From positions 7,925-71,924 of the forward strand of contig JBDTCO010000042.1 of assembly GCA_039923495.1 (NCBI GenBank): a stretch of DNA of 64,000 bases, read 5' to 3'. The DNA comes from Polyangia bacterium (GTDB taxonomy: Bacteria; Myxococcota_A; Polyangia; Palsa-1104). Shown piece by piece: positions 34,084 to 42,891 of this stretch. A program made the translations under genes and the position numbers. How positions within the stretch are numbered: position 1 is the first letter of the stretch; the number at the start of each line of letters is the position of its first letter. A model generated the notes under the pieces. The model was not told the origin of the DNA. It was given only the letters and a program-made list of their open reading frames with translations, and made no database searches.

Positions 34084-35849
34084 TAACAGTCACACTCCGG
34101 GACGAGCGGCGGCGGTGCGCCGGTGGGCGTGTAGTCGATGAGGCGGGTCGCGGGGCGGCCGAAGCCGAAGCTCGGCATGAACGACGAGTGACGACCCGTC
34201 CCGCCCGCGACGAACACGAGGAAGTCCGTGGGAGCGGCGCCGATGGGGATGCCGCGCTCCGTCCACGTGGCCTTGTCGACGTCCTCACGCGCGAGCAGCC
34301 ACTCGCGCATCTCGTCGTTGAGCACCGACGGGAGCACGCGCGCGTTGTCGCACAGCCACGCCTGCACCATCTCGCGCGTCCAGCCGTCGCGCGCGAGCAG
34401 CTTGGCGTGCTCGGGTCCGAGCGCGATCGTCGGGTGACCGCCGCGCGCGAGGTCATTGGTGCCGAACGTGGCCATCGTGCCGGCGAGCATCTTCATGAAC
34501 GACAGCGCCGTCTGCGACGAGTGATCGTTCACGTTGTGCGGGCCCTCGGCCTGACACACGGTGACCACCGACTGCTCGGGTGCGAAGCCGAGCGCGACGT
34601 GGAGCGGTGGGAACGGGCTCTCTTCCTGGTTCTCCGCGACGCAGAAGCCGAAGCGTGCCGGCGAGCCCTGCGTCGTGAAGTCGGTGCGGCCCGGACGACC
34701 CCCGCCGACGTTGCGCAGGATGAGGCGGATGGCGCGACCGATGGTGGCGCTGGCCTGCGTGCCTTCCCCCATCGCGTTGCCCGACAGGTTGAAGCCGAGC
34801 TCGTAGCGGATGGGGCCGCTGATGACGAGGAGCGGCGTCACCGGGTGCGTGGTGGCCTGCACGCCGAGCAGGTTGTAGCGCGGGTCCATCAGCGCCTCTG
34901 TGGCGGCGACGATGACGCAGAAGTACTCGGGCCGGCAGCCCGCCATCACCGCGTTGACCGCGAGCGCCTCGATGGTGACCTCGCCCTGCCTCGGCGCCAT
35001 GAGCCCGAGGACCTCGCCCGCGGGCCGCTTCTGCGACGCGATCATCTGGAGGACCGCCTCGTCGGTCGGCGGGATGATCGGCAGCCCGTCGGTGTAGCCG
35101 CGACGGTAGAACGCGTCGGAGGCGCCACGCGCATCGCGCGGCAGGTTGGTGAAGACGTCGTCCTCGAGCGGCTCCCGCGAGTACGGCCCGTACACGTGCA
35201 CCTCGCCGGGCCCGCCCTCGGCGAGCTCGGCGGCGACGGTTGCATCGTTGGTGGTGTAAAGGACCAGGTACTCGCCGAGCGCTTTTTCGCGACCGTCGTA
35301 GAGGCGCGCCGTTGCGTCCTTGCGCGCGCGCACGGTGGCGACGTGGGTTTCCAGCTCGCTCAGCTTCACCGTCTGGTGCGGCACGAAGCGCATCACGGTG
35401 TGCGCGTGCGTCTGGTCGACCTCTTGCCGCCCCGGCACGAGCTGGTGGTAGAGGCGCCGCGTGAACGTGCGCGTCACCTTCAGCATGCGCGCGGTCCACG
35501 GCGAGCGGTTCACGCCGGCCTTCGACTTGTACGCGTCGGCGTCGAGGCACTCGAGCGAGTCGAGATCGTAGAGCGCGATGTAGCGCGGCGCGATGCGACG
35601 CTCCGCGCGACGTCCCGTGCGAAAGCCGGGGATGCCGAGCCGCTCGGGGATGTGCTCGGTGTCGTACCAGTCGTTGAACTCTTCTTCGAGCTCGGGCGGC
35701 ACGTCGAGCTGCGCGAAGATGAGCCCGAACGCCTTCGCGGCGGCAGGCTTCGGCGTCTTTGCACGCGGCGGAGCGACGCGCTTCTTCGGCGCCCTCGCTC
35801 TCGCAGGCGCAGCCTTGGCCACGGTCTTCCGTCGGCGCTCGGTCGTCAT
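34083..35849 (-). CDS. Two-domain protein of unknown function (basic tail plus EthD/dimeric-alpha-beta-barrel-like N-domain plus about 350-aa uncharacterised C-domain ending in ECDC)
   Basis: 588-aa ORF with good composition. EEEFNDWYDTEHIPERLGIPGF resembles EthD-like barrels. The C-domain (YRRGYTDGLPIIPPTDEAV...) matches nothing I can name. The TAA stop shares one nt with the selenoprotein ATG. Confidence 0.6.
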   Translation of the reverse strand: MTTERRRKTVAKAAPARARAPKKRVAPPRAKTPKPAAAKAFGLIFAQLDVPPELEEEFNDWYDTEHIPERLGIPGFRTGRRAERRIAPRYIALYDLDSLECLDADAYKSKAGVNRSPWTARMLKVTRTFTRRLYHQLVPGRQEVDQTHAHTVMRFVPHQTVKLSELETHVATVRARKDATARLYDGREKALGEYLVLYTTNDATVAAELAEGGPGEVHVYGPYSREPLEDDVFTNLPRDARGASDAFYRRGYTDGLPIIPPTDEAVLQMIASQKRPAGEVLGLMAPRQGEVTIEALAVNAVMAGCRPEYFCVIVAATEALMDPRYNLLGVQATTHPVTPLLVISGPIRYELGFNLSGNAMGEGTQASATIGRAIRLILRNVGGGRPGRTDFTTQGSPARFGFCVAENQEESPFPPLHVALGFAPEQSVVTVCQAEGPHNVNDHSSQTALSFMKMLAGTMATFGTNDLARGGHPTIALGPEHAKLLARDGWTREMVQAWLCDNARVLPSVLNDEMREWLLAREDVDKATWTERGIPIGAAPTDFLVFVAGGTGRHSSFMPSFGFGRPATRLIDYTPTGAPPPLVPECDC

Positions 35850-35902
35850 CGCACGATATCGTAAACGTCTGTCGCGCGCCGATCAAGCGAGCGCGACGCG
35901 CT

Positions 35903-36976
35903 TCAGAACGAGGTGGCGATGCCGACGATGTTGCTGAGGCCGTAGCCGGTGTTCACGCCCGTGAGCGTGTGCGAGATGGTGTAGCTGAGGCCGATCCACT
36001 TGACCGGGAACAGCAGCAGCGTGCCGCCGAAGGTCATGGAGCTGGCGTTGTTGGCCTGGCCGCAGAACTGCGTGAAGGGGTTGCCCTTGGTGGCGATGCC
36101 GTTGCGACCCGGCACGTCGCCGTTCTCGAACGAGTGGAGGCCGCTCAGCGTCGCGATGAGCGTGGCGTGGTCGAACCAGCTCAGCTTCTTCTTGGGGGCG
36201 AGCGTGCCGCCGGCCTGGACGTCCCACGGCAGGTCATCGGAGTACGTGGTGGAGTCCGAGGTCGAGCCGAACTTGCAGCTCGCCTTCTTGAGGCGGTGAC
36301 GGAAGCCGACGTCGGCTGCGAAGAACACAGGGATGGGGTAGAGCGAGTAGCCGAAGCTGCCGCGCGCCTCGATGTCGAAGGTGCCGTTGCCGGTCGGGAT
36401 GGGCAGCGGCTTGGCGCCGGGCAGCATCGCCGCCGCGGGGTACGCGGAGCGGCCGTTCACGTCGCCCGTGGGCGCCGTGAAGTAGAGCTGGGGACCAAAG
36501 GCAAAGCCCTTGAGCGCCCTGATCCTCGGGAGCTGCTGCTTGAGCCCGAAGGTGACGTCGCCGGTGTTGAGCTCGCTGAGCTTCGCGGGGACGACCGTGT
36601 GGATGTCCTGGGTGACGTAGCGGATCACCGGCATCGAGAACGTCGCGCCGAGCCCGCGCCACAGCGAGACCTCGCCGTAGAGCAGCATCGACTGATCGAC
36701 GTAGTTGCTCTTGTAGTTGGCGGTGATGAAACCGCTCGAAGTCGGGATGCTGATGTTGCGGCGAGTGCCGGGCCTGACGGGCTTGAGGTTTTCGTCGACC
36801 TCGCCCGGACCGGCAAAGTAACGGTCCGCCGAGTAGTTGGCGTACGAGAGCTGGATGAATCCATGGCCGGGCCTGTCATCGACCCAGGGCCCGGCCATGG
36901 CTTCGCGGTGCGCGACTCCGAGGCAGAGGAGACCTGCTGTTACAGTAAGGAGTCCACTACGCAGGGAGACGCGCAC
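35903..36976 (-). CDS. Outer-membrane beta-barrel protein
   Basis: Signal peptide, alternating beta-strand pattern, and a C-terminal aromatic residue (...NIVGIATSF). Confidence 0.65.
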   Translation of the reverse strand: MRVSLRSGLLTVTAGLLCLGVAHREAMAGPWVDDRPGHGFIQLSYANYSADRYFAGPGEVDENLKPVRPGTRRNISIPTSSGFITANYKSNYVDQSMLLYGEVSLWRGLGATFSMPVIRYVTQDIHTVVPAKLSELNTGDVTFGLKQQLPRIRALKGFAFGPQLYFTAPTGDVNGRSAYPAAAMLPGAKPLPIPTGNGTFDIEARGSFGYSLYPIPVFFAADVGFRHRLKKASCKFGSTSDSTTYSDDLPWDVQAGGTLAPKKKLSWFDHATLIATLSGLHSFENGDVPGRNGIATKGNPFTQFCGQANNASSMTFGGTLLLFPVKWIGLSYTISHTLTGVNTGYGLSNIVGIATSF

Positions 36977-36983
36977 TGTTTAG

Positions 36984-37853
36984 TTAGTTGTTCGGATCCT
37001 GCGGGGCGAACGAGACGTAGCCCGGCTGCACGTCACAGCCGAACGCCGCCGCGTAGGTGTTGGCGCCGCTGTCGGCCGTCGCGGTGATGTGGATCGTGGT
37101 GGGGGCGGTGAGGCCCGTCTTCGTGAAGCCGTGGATGCCGATCATCGAGTCCGCCTGCTTGACGAACGTGGGGGGCATCGTCATCGGATTGGTGTACCCG
37201 TACTGGTCGAAGCCCGTCTCGGCGACGGCGGTGGTCGACGGCGTGAGCTTCACGTACGGCGCCTGGAAGTGGTCATTCGAGCCGTACATGCAGACGCCCT
37301 GGGTGACGAGCGAGGCGATGTCGATCCCAGCGGCGGCGGCGACGCCGACCGGCGCGGAGTACGGGTTGCTCGTGCAGACGTGGGCGGGGATGCCGGGCAG
37401 CGCCGAGGTGCCGACGACTTCCATGTCCTGCGAGTACGTGTTGACGACCTTCGTCGCGTCGAAGGCATCGGCGACGAGGTGGAGCTTCTTGCCCTGCTCC
37501 GCCTGGATCGTGTAGTTGCACATGTCGTCGGCCATGACCGTCGCGGTCATGCCGCCACCCTCGTACACGCCGTGGACGGGCGTGTTCTTGACGCAGCTCT
37601 TCCCGATGAGCTCCTGCGGGGTGGCGGTCGGGGTCATCTGGAGGTTGAAGGACAGCAGATCGATGTCGATCGTGAAGCCGCTGACCGCGGTCGTCAGTGG
37701 CGCAGTGGCCATGTCGCCCTTGTCGCCGCCGTCGTCCGTGACCACGTGGGCCATGTCGCCCTTGTCGGTGCTGCCGTCCGTCTTGTTGTTGCTGCTACCG
37801 CCGCAACCGATGAGTCCCACTGCCGCTGCTGCAAGAAGATGAGTCTTTTTCAC
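36984..37853 (-). CDS. Lipoprotein of unknown function
   Basis: GTG 37853 is preceded by GGAGG (37859-37863). Lipobox AAAAVGLIGCGG. Contains a duplicated DKGDMA segment. Confidence 0.65.
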   Translation of the reverse strand: MKKTHLLAAAAVGLIGCGGSSNNKTDGSTDKGDMAHVVTDDGGDKGDMATAPLTTAVSGFTIDIDLLSFNLQMTPTATPQELIGKSCVKNTPVHGVYEGGGMTATVMADDMCNYTIQAEQGKKLHLVADAFDATKVVNTYSQDMEVVGTSALPGIPAHVCTSNPYSAPVGVAAAAGIDIASLVTQGVCMYGSNDHFQAPYVKLTPSTTAVAETGFDQYGYTNPMTMPPTFVKQADSMIGIHGFTKTGLTAPTTIHITATADSGANTYAAAFGCDVQPGYVSFAPQDPNN

Positions 37854-38096
37854 GAATGCCTCCTAGATGTTGAAACCAAGTCAGGTCAAACCCATATGGG
37901 CTGCCTCAGAGACGAGCACGGGTGCTGCTGTCGCTGTCCCCTCGACTCCACCTGGACGAGTGAAAAGGAGGGCACACGTGCGGACATCGTACGTCAGCTA
38001 AAATTCCGCGTCAATTTCGTAATCGCTATCCAATCCTTGGTCGTGTGCGTAGGAGTGCGCTCGTTCACTATTTCAATGCGCCGGCAGCAGCGCCGG

Positions 38097-38603
38097 TTAC
38101 TGGCCCGGCGCAGGTGGTGCGGAGCACGTGAACGCGTAGCCGTAGTCGGTGCAGTCGGCGTGGCAGTTGATGCAGTTACGGTCGTCCTGCGTGACGACTT
38201 TTTTGTCCGCGAAGATACGCTGCCAGCGCCAGTCGTTCGTGAGCGGGGACGTGCCGTTGTCGAGCTTCACCATCACGGTCCACTGGATGATGTTGCCGCT
38301 GCAATCGGTGTCGTCGATATCGTACTCGGGCTTCACGACCACGGCGCCCGTCGGGAACGGCTCCATCCGGCCCGTGTACGGTATGTACGCGGCGTCGTCG
38401 GTGAAGACCGTGACGTTGTCGAGGTTGTGCTCGGTGCTGGAGCGACACGGACGCACCTGCTTGAACGTGGTCGCGTAGTCTGCGGGCAGCCCCGAGACGT
38501 ACTTCGGAGCGCTGGGACCGCCGCAGCCGGGACTGCATACAACGCTGCATGCGACGCTGCATGCAATTACAAGCAGGCGTGGACAGAGCAACGAGATCTT
38601 CAA
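38097..38603 (-). CDS. Haem-binding lipoprotein, cytochrome-P460-like (single CxxCH)
   Basis: TTG 38603 gives LKISLLCPRLLVIACSVACS... The C-terminal NCINCH haem motif is preceded by VVVKPEY...WTVMVKL...WRWQRIF, which resembles the P460 fold pattern. Confidence 0.45.
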   Translation of the reverse strand: MKISLLCPRLLVIACSVACSVVCSPGCGGPSAPKYVSGLPADYATTFKQVRPCRSSTEHNLDNVTVFTDDAAYIPYTGRMEPFPTGAVVVKPEYDIDDTDCSGNIIQWTVMVKLDNGTSPLTNDWRWQRIFADKKVVTQDDRNCINCHADCTDYGYAFTCSAPPAPGQ

Positions 38604-38617
38604 TGGGCTCCCGGTAT

Positions 38618-40006
38618 TCACGGCAGGTTCACGACGCGCACGCGCTGGTTGTAGGAGTCGGTGATGTACAGCTTCTTGCCGCTCAGCTCGACGCCGTACG
38701 GGCGGTTGAGCCTGGCGAGGAGCGGGTCGCCCCCGTCGCCGCCGAAGCATACGTCGGTCGCCTTCACGCAGCCGGCCGTGCCATCCGTGGAGAAGCAGCT
38801 CCCGGTGCCGCCGCACATGCCGCCCGTGGTGCAGTCGCCGGCGACGCGCGAGATGGTCCCCGACGGATCGATCTTGCGGATGCAGTTGTTGAGCGTATCG
38901 GTGAAGTAGATGGTGTCGTCGTCGGCGATGGCGAGGTCAATGGGGTGGGCGAGCTGTGCCTTCGTCGCCGGGCCCCCATCGCCGCTGTACGCATTCTCGC
39001 CACCCGAGCCGGCGACCGTCTGCATGTTGCCGTTCACGTCGATCTTGCGGATGCGATTGCCGCCCGTGTCCGCGAAGATGAGCTCGCCTTGCTTGTTGAA
39101 GGCGAAGCGGCCCGCCGGATCGGCTGACTGACCGAACGGCTGGTTCATGCGCGCCGAGAGCGCAGGGCCGCCGTCGCCGCTGTAGCCGGGCGTGCAGGGC
39201 CAGTTGCAGGCCTCGTCGCGCTTGGCCTGCGCGGCCTCGGGGCTCGTCGGATCGGTGCAGTACGTCGCCTTGTTCGAGCCCGGGCACTGGTAGAGCTCGG
39301 TGCCCATGGTGCACATGGTCGAGACCGTGTCGTACTGCTCCGTGAGGCATGTGCCGGCGAGCCGGTGGATGATGCCCGCCGAGTCGATGCTTCGGATCAC
39401 CTGGTTGGCCTGGTCCATGATGACGAGGTCGCCGCTCGGCGCGCGCGCGATGCTGCTCGGCAGGTCGAGGTACGCGTCGGCAGCTGGGCCCTCGTCGCCG
39501 CTGTACTTCGTGCGCTTGCCGACGCCCGCGAAGTGCGTGTACGTCATCGTCGAGAGCTCGACGCGGTTGATGCGGCTGTTGTGCCACGCAGCGAGGTAGA
39601 GGGAGCCGTCGGCGTCGAAGAACATGTTCGGCGTGTGGTTGAACTTCGCGTCGAGCGCGGGGCAGCTCGGTACACCCACGTCGGGGCTGTCGCCGAGGAA
39701 GCCGACGCCGACGACGGTGCTGATCGTGCCCTTCGGGTCGATCTCGCGGATGAGGTAGTTGTTGAAGTCGAGCACCCACAGGTTGCCGTTGGGCGCGATG
39801 ACCGAGTCCTGTGGCGTGTAGAGCGACGCCTTCGTGGCCGGGCCGTTGTCACCGGCGAGCAGCGCCTGGCCATCCCCGGCGATGGTGCAGATGGTGTTGG
39901 GTGCGTTCGGATCGCAGCTTATGCCGTGCTTCCCGTTCGCGCAGCCCGTGCCAAGGAGAGATGCTGCGAACGCAGTGACGAGCGTGGCGGTCGAGAGCTT
40001 GTTCAT
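38618..40006 (-). CDS. NHL-repeat beta-propeller lipoprotein 1 (Cys-rich inserts)
   Basis: ATG 40006 overlaps the upstream stop (ATGA). Lipobox LLGTGC. Repeated SGDGGPA...P..L/I..D..G.LY..D..N..IR motifs. Confidence 0.8.
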   Translation of the reverse strand: MNKLSTATLVTAFAASLLGTGCANGKHGISCDPNAPNTICTIAGDGQALLAGDNGPATKASLYTPQDSVIAPNGNLWVLDFNNYLIREIDPKGTISTVVGVGFLGDSPDVGVPSCPALDAKFNHTPNMFFDADGSLYLAAWHNSRINRVELSTMTYTHFAGVGKRTKYSGDEGPAADAYLDLPSSIARAPSGDLVIMDQANQVIRSIDSAGIIHRLAGTCLTEQYDTVSTMCTMGTELYQCPGSNKATYCTDPTSPEAAQAKRDEACNWPCTPGYSGDGGPALSARMNQPFGQSADPAGRFAFNKQGELIFADTGGNRIRKIDVNGNMQTVAGSGGENAYSGDGGPATKAQLAHPIDLAIADDDTIYFTDTLNNCIRKIDPSGTISRVAGDCTTGGMCGGTGSCFSTDGTAGCVKATDVCFGGDGGDPLLARLNRPYGVELSGKKLYITDSYNQRVRVVNLP

Positions 40007-41211
40007 TTGGTCCATTCCGAGGCGACGCGCACGATACGGTGGTTTCCCGTATCGGCGACGTAGAGGTTGTTCAGGGCATCGAACGCGATGCCCCACGGCT
40101 GGTTGAGCTGGATGTCGAGCGCCTGGTGGTGCGTACCGCTCTCGATGCACGTGCGGCCCGAGCACTGCCCCGTGCCAACGACCGTGGTGAGCACGCCGGT
40201 GGTGATGTCGAGCGCGTCGATGATGTTGGCGTCGCGCTCCGCCATGAAGAGGCGGCCATCGGGGCCCCACTCGAGATCGAGCGGCGAGTGGAGCGCCACG
40301 GTGAACGTGCAGCCCGACGGACCCGCGAGACAGGAGATCTGCTTGGTGTCGAGATCGATGACGCGGATGCGCTGGTTGGTGCCGTCCGAGAAGTAGAGCT
40401 TGTGACCCTGGATCGCGAGCGCGCCGGACGGGTTCGGCGTGTCGTTCTCGTTGTACTCCCAGCCGACGGTTGCATCGACCGCGGGGCCGCCGTCGCCGGA
40501 GTACGACTCCGTGCCGTTTCCGGCGATGGTGGTGATGGTGCGATCGGCGTCGATGTCGATCATGCGGAGGCGCTCGTTGCGCTGGTCGATGAGGTAGATG
40601 CGGCCCGCGTCGTCGAGGACGATCGACTTCGGCAGGTTCATGAGCGCGTTGGCCGCGGGGCCCCCGTCGCCCGCGAAGCCGTACGTGCCACCGGCGAGCA
40701 CCTTGTCGAGGCCCTTCGTCGGGTCGACGACCCGGATCTTGTTGTCGTGCCACGCGGCCAGGATGAACGTGCCATCGGCGGCGAAGCGCACGTCGGTGGG
40801 GTGGTTGAGCGCGACGATCTGCGGGTTGCAGCCCGGCGCCGTCTTGTACGGCATCTCGTCGGACGGGTTGGGCGGACCGTCGCCCTCGTAGTCGGTGCCA
40901 ATGAACGTCGTGAAGATGCCGTCCTTCTCGACGCGACGGACGCGGTGGTTGTTCCAGTCGGAGACGTACGCGCGTCCATCCGAAGCGAAGGTGAGGTCGG
41001 CCGGGAAGTAGAGCGGCGTGTCGACGAGCGGGTTGCCATCGCCGATGCCGTAGCCCGCGGCCCCCTTCGCGTTGGCCCACGAGCACGCCTCACCGGGCGT
41101 GTTCGTGCAGTCGCCACCGGAGTTGTCGGCCGCGTTGAAGGCGCTACGGGACGCGCACCCAACCGGGAGCAGCAGGGCTGCGAGACCGGCACCAGCGACG
41201 AGCTTGTTCAT
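40003..41211 (-). CDS. NHL-repeat beta-propeller lipoprotein 2
   Basis: Lipobox LLPVGC. NHL blades (AGDGGPAANALMNLPKSIVLDDAGRIYLIDQRNERLRMI and others). Confidence 0.8.
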   Translation of the reverse strand: MNKLVAGAGLAALLLPVGCASRSAFNAADNSGGDCTNTPGEACSWANAKGAAGYGIGDGNPLVDTPLYFPADLTFASDGRAYVSDWNNHRVRRVEKDGIFTTFIGTDYEGDGPPNPSDEMPYKTAPGCNPQIVALNHPTDVRFAADGTFILAAWHDNKIRVVDPTKGLDKVLAGGTYGFAGDGGPAANALMNLPKSIVLDDAGRIYLIDQRNERLRMIDIDADRTITTIAGNGTESYSGDGGPAVDATVGWEYNENDTPNPSGALAIQGHKLYFSDGTNQRIRVIDLDTKQISCLAGPSGCTFTVALHSPLDLEWGPDGRLFMAERDANIIDALDITTGVLTTVVGTGQCSGRTCIESGTHHQALDIQLNQPWGIAFDALNNLYVADTGNHRIVRVASEWTK

Positions 41212-41274
41212 GGACGCATCCTTTTGTCGTTCGTTTGGGTTGTCGTTCGTTTGTCGTTCGCAGAAGCCATGGGT

Positions 41275-42438
41275 TTATCGGAGCCTCACGGAGCGCGCCA
41301 CGTTCGCGAGCTGGTCGGCAATGTAGAGCGTGCCGTCCGTGATCGACAGGCGCGCGGGGTGATTGAGCTTCGCCTCGAGCGCGGGACCGTTGTCGCCGAA
41401 CAGGCCGCTCGCGCCGGTGCCCGCGTAGGTGTCGATGACCTCCGAGGTGGGATCGACGCGACGGATGCGCGAGTTGAACGTGTCGGACACGTATATGGCG
41501 CCATCGCTGTCGACCGCGATGCCGCCCGGCTGGAAGAGCTGCGCCTGCAAGCACGGCCCGCCATCGCCGGAGAAGCCGCCGGTGAAGCCATCGGGGTGCG
41601 TGCCGACGACGGTGGAGATGATGCCGCTCGTCATGTCGATCTTGCGGATGACCTGGTTGGCGGTGTCGGCGACGAGGAGGTTGCCCTCGACGTCGATCGC
41701 GAGCGCGCCGGGCGTGTCGAGGTGTGCCTTCACGGCCGGGCCGCCATCGCCGTCGAACGCCGGCTTGCCGTCGCCCGCGAGCGTGGAGACGGTGCCGTCC
41801 ACGTCGATCATGCGGATCTGGTTTGCGCCGTCGTCGGCGAGGAACACGCGGCCCTTTTTGTCGACGGCGATGGCGTCGAGCTCGCAGAAGCCGGCCTCGA
41901 GCGCCGGCCCCCCGTCACCGGTGCCGTAGCAGATGTGCGAGCCGTCGGGGAGATCGCCGACGCCATCTGCGCCCCTGCCGGCGACGAGGTGCATGCGCTG
42001 GTCGAGGCCGATCTCGTAGAGCTTCGGATCGTGCCAGGCGACGATGATGTTGCGACCGTCGGCGCGGAACGCGAAGTCGATGGGATCGAGGATGCCCGTC
42101 GCGGTGGCGAGCGCGCCATCGATGGAGCCGACGTGCAGACCATTGCCTGCAACGATGCGCATCGTGCCGTCCTTCTCCACGACGCGCAGGTAGTAGTTGT
42201 TGAGGTCCATGACGTACACGAGCCCGTCGGGACCGACGCGCACGGATGATGGCAGGTAGAGCGGCGTCTTGATGGCCGGCAGGTTGTCGTCCCCGAGGCC
42301 GCGCGCGCCATCGCCGGCGACGCGGCACATCTCGCCGACGCCATCGCACGTGGTGCCGCTGCTGCAGCCCGTCCCTGCGAACAGGGACAGGGAGAGCGCT
42401 GCCACTGCGGCCATCGACAGCGAGGAATGTAGGCGCAT
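41275..42438 (-). CDS. NHL-repeat beta-propeller lipoprotein 3
   Basis: ATG 42438 (MRLHSSLSMAAVAALSLSLFAGTGC). NHL blades (DGDGGPAVKAHLDTPGALAIDVEGNLLVADTANQVIRKI and others). Confidence 0.8.
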   Translation of the reverse strand: MRLHSSLSMAAVAALSLSLFAGTGCSSGTTCDGVGEMCRVAGDGARGLGDDNLPAIKTPLYLPSSVRVGPDGLVYVMDLNNYYLRVVEKDGTMRIVAGNGLHVGSIDGALATATGILDPIDFAFRADGRNIIVAWHDPKLYEIGLDQRMHLVAGRGADGVGDLPDGSHICYGTGDGGPALEAGFCELDAIAVDKKGRVFLADDGANQIRMIDVDGTVSTLAGDGKPAFDGDGGPAVKAHLDTPGALAIDVEGNLLVADTANQVIRKIDMTSGIISTVVGTHPDGFTGGFSGDGGPCLQAQLFQPGGIAVDSDGAIYVSDTFNSRIRRVDPTSEVIDTYAGTGASGLFGDNGPALEAKLNHPARLSITDGTLYIADQLANVARSVRLR

Positions 42439-42609
42439 GGACACCTCTTCATACTGCGTGTCGTACCGCTCGTGCTGCGAGCGCGCAGCGCAATGAACTG
42501 TGTTCACCGTTACACGCGTAACGAGGTCGGTCAAGGACTCGTTCCCGTCGGAGACGGGGCCAGTCGAGATATGTCCGACACGTCGGTTATGCGCATTCCC
42601 TGGGCGCAT

Positions 42610-42648
42610 GCCCATGCGCCAGGCCCATGCGCCAGGCCCATGCGAAGG
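42610..42648. repeat. 13-bp tandem repeat (GCCCATGCGCCAG, about 3 copies) in a long divergent intergenic region
   Basis: Read directly: 42610-42622, 42623-42635, and a degenerate copy at 42636-42648. Confidence 0.85.
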
Positions 42649-42891
42649 TAGCTACGAAGGCGCGGCACGGCTGGACTGCATCGTCACGCAAGCGCGGTGC
42701 CGACCGATGCACGGGGCATGGAGAGGTCACTGCACATACGGAGACACGCGAAACCCGGAACGGCTCACGCGATCACGGCGAAGGTCGGCCGGCTCGGATC
42801 GCGACACGTACGTCACATGGGTATGCAAAGCGAGGGTGTGAAGATTTACCGCATCGACGAACCCACGCAGCGTGGCCACACTCACCTCGCG

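Noticed and set aside
37706-37767. Direct repeat GGCCATGTCGCCCTTGTCG (two copies about 40 bp apart) in the lipoprotein gene.
   Set aside because: It simply encodes a duplicated DKGDMA peptide in the disordered N-terminal linker of the lipoprotein, and I see no further significance.
38080-38096. Possible intrinsic terminator hairpin (CCGGC-AGCAGC-GCCGG) just past the P460-like gene stop.
   Set aside because: The stem is only 5-6 bp, there is no U-tract on the minus-strand transcript, and it abuts the stop codon. This is too weak to call.
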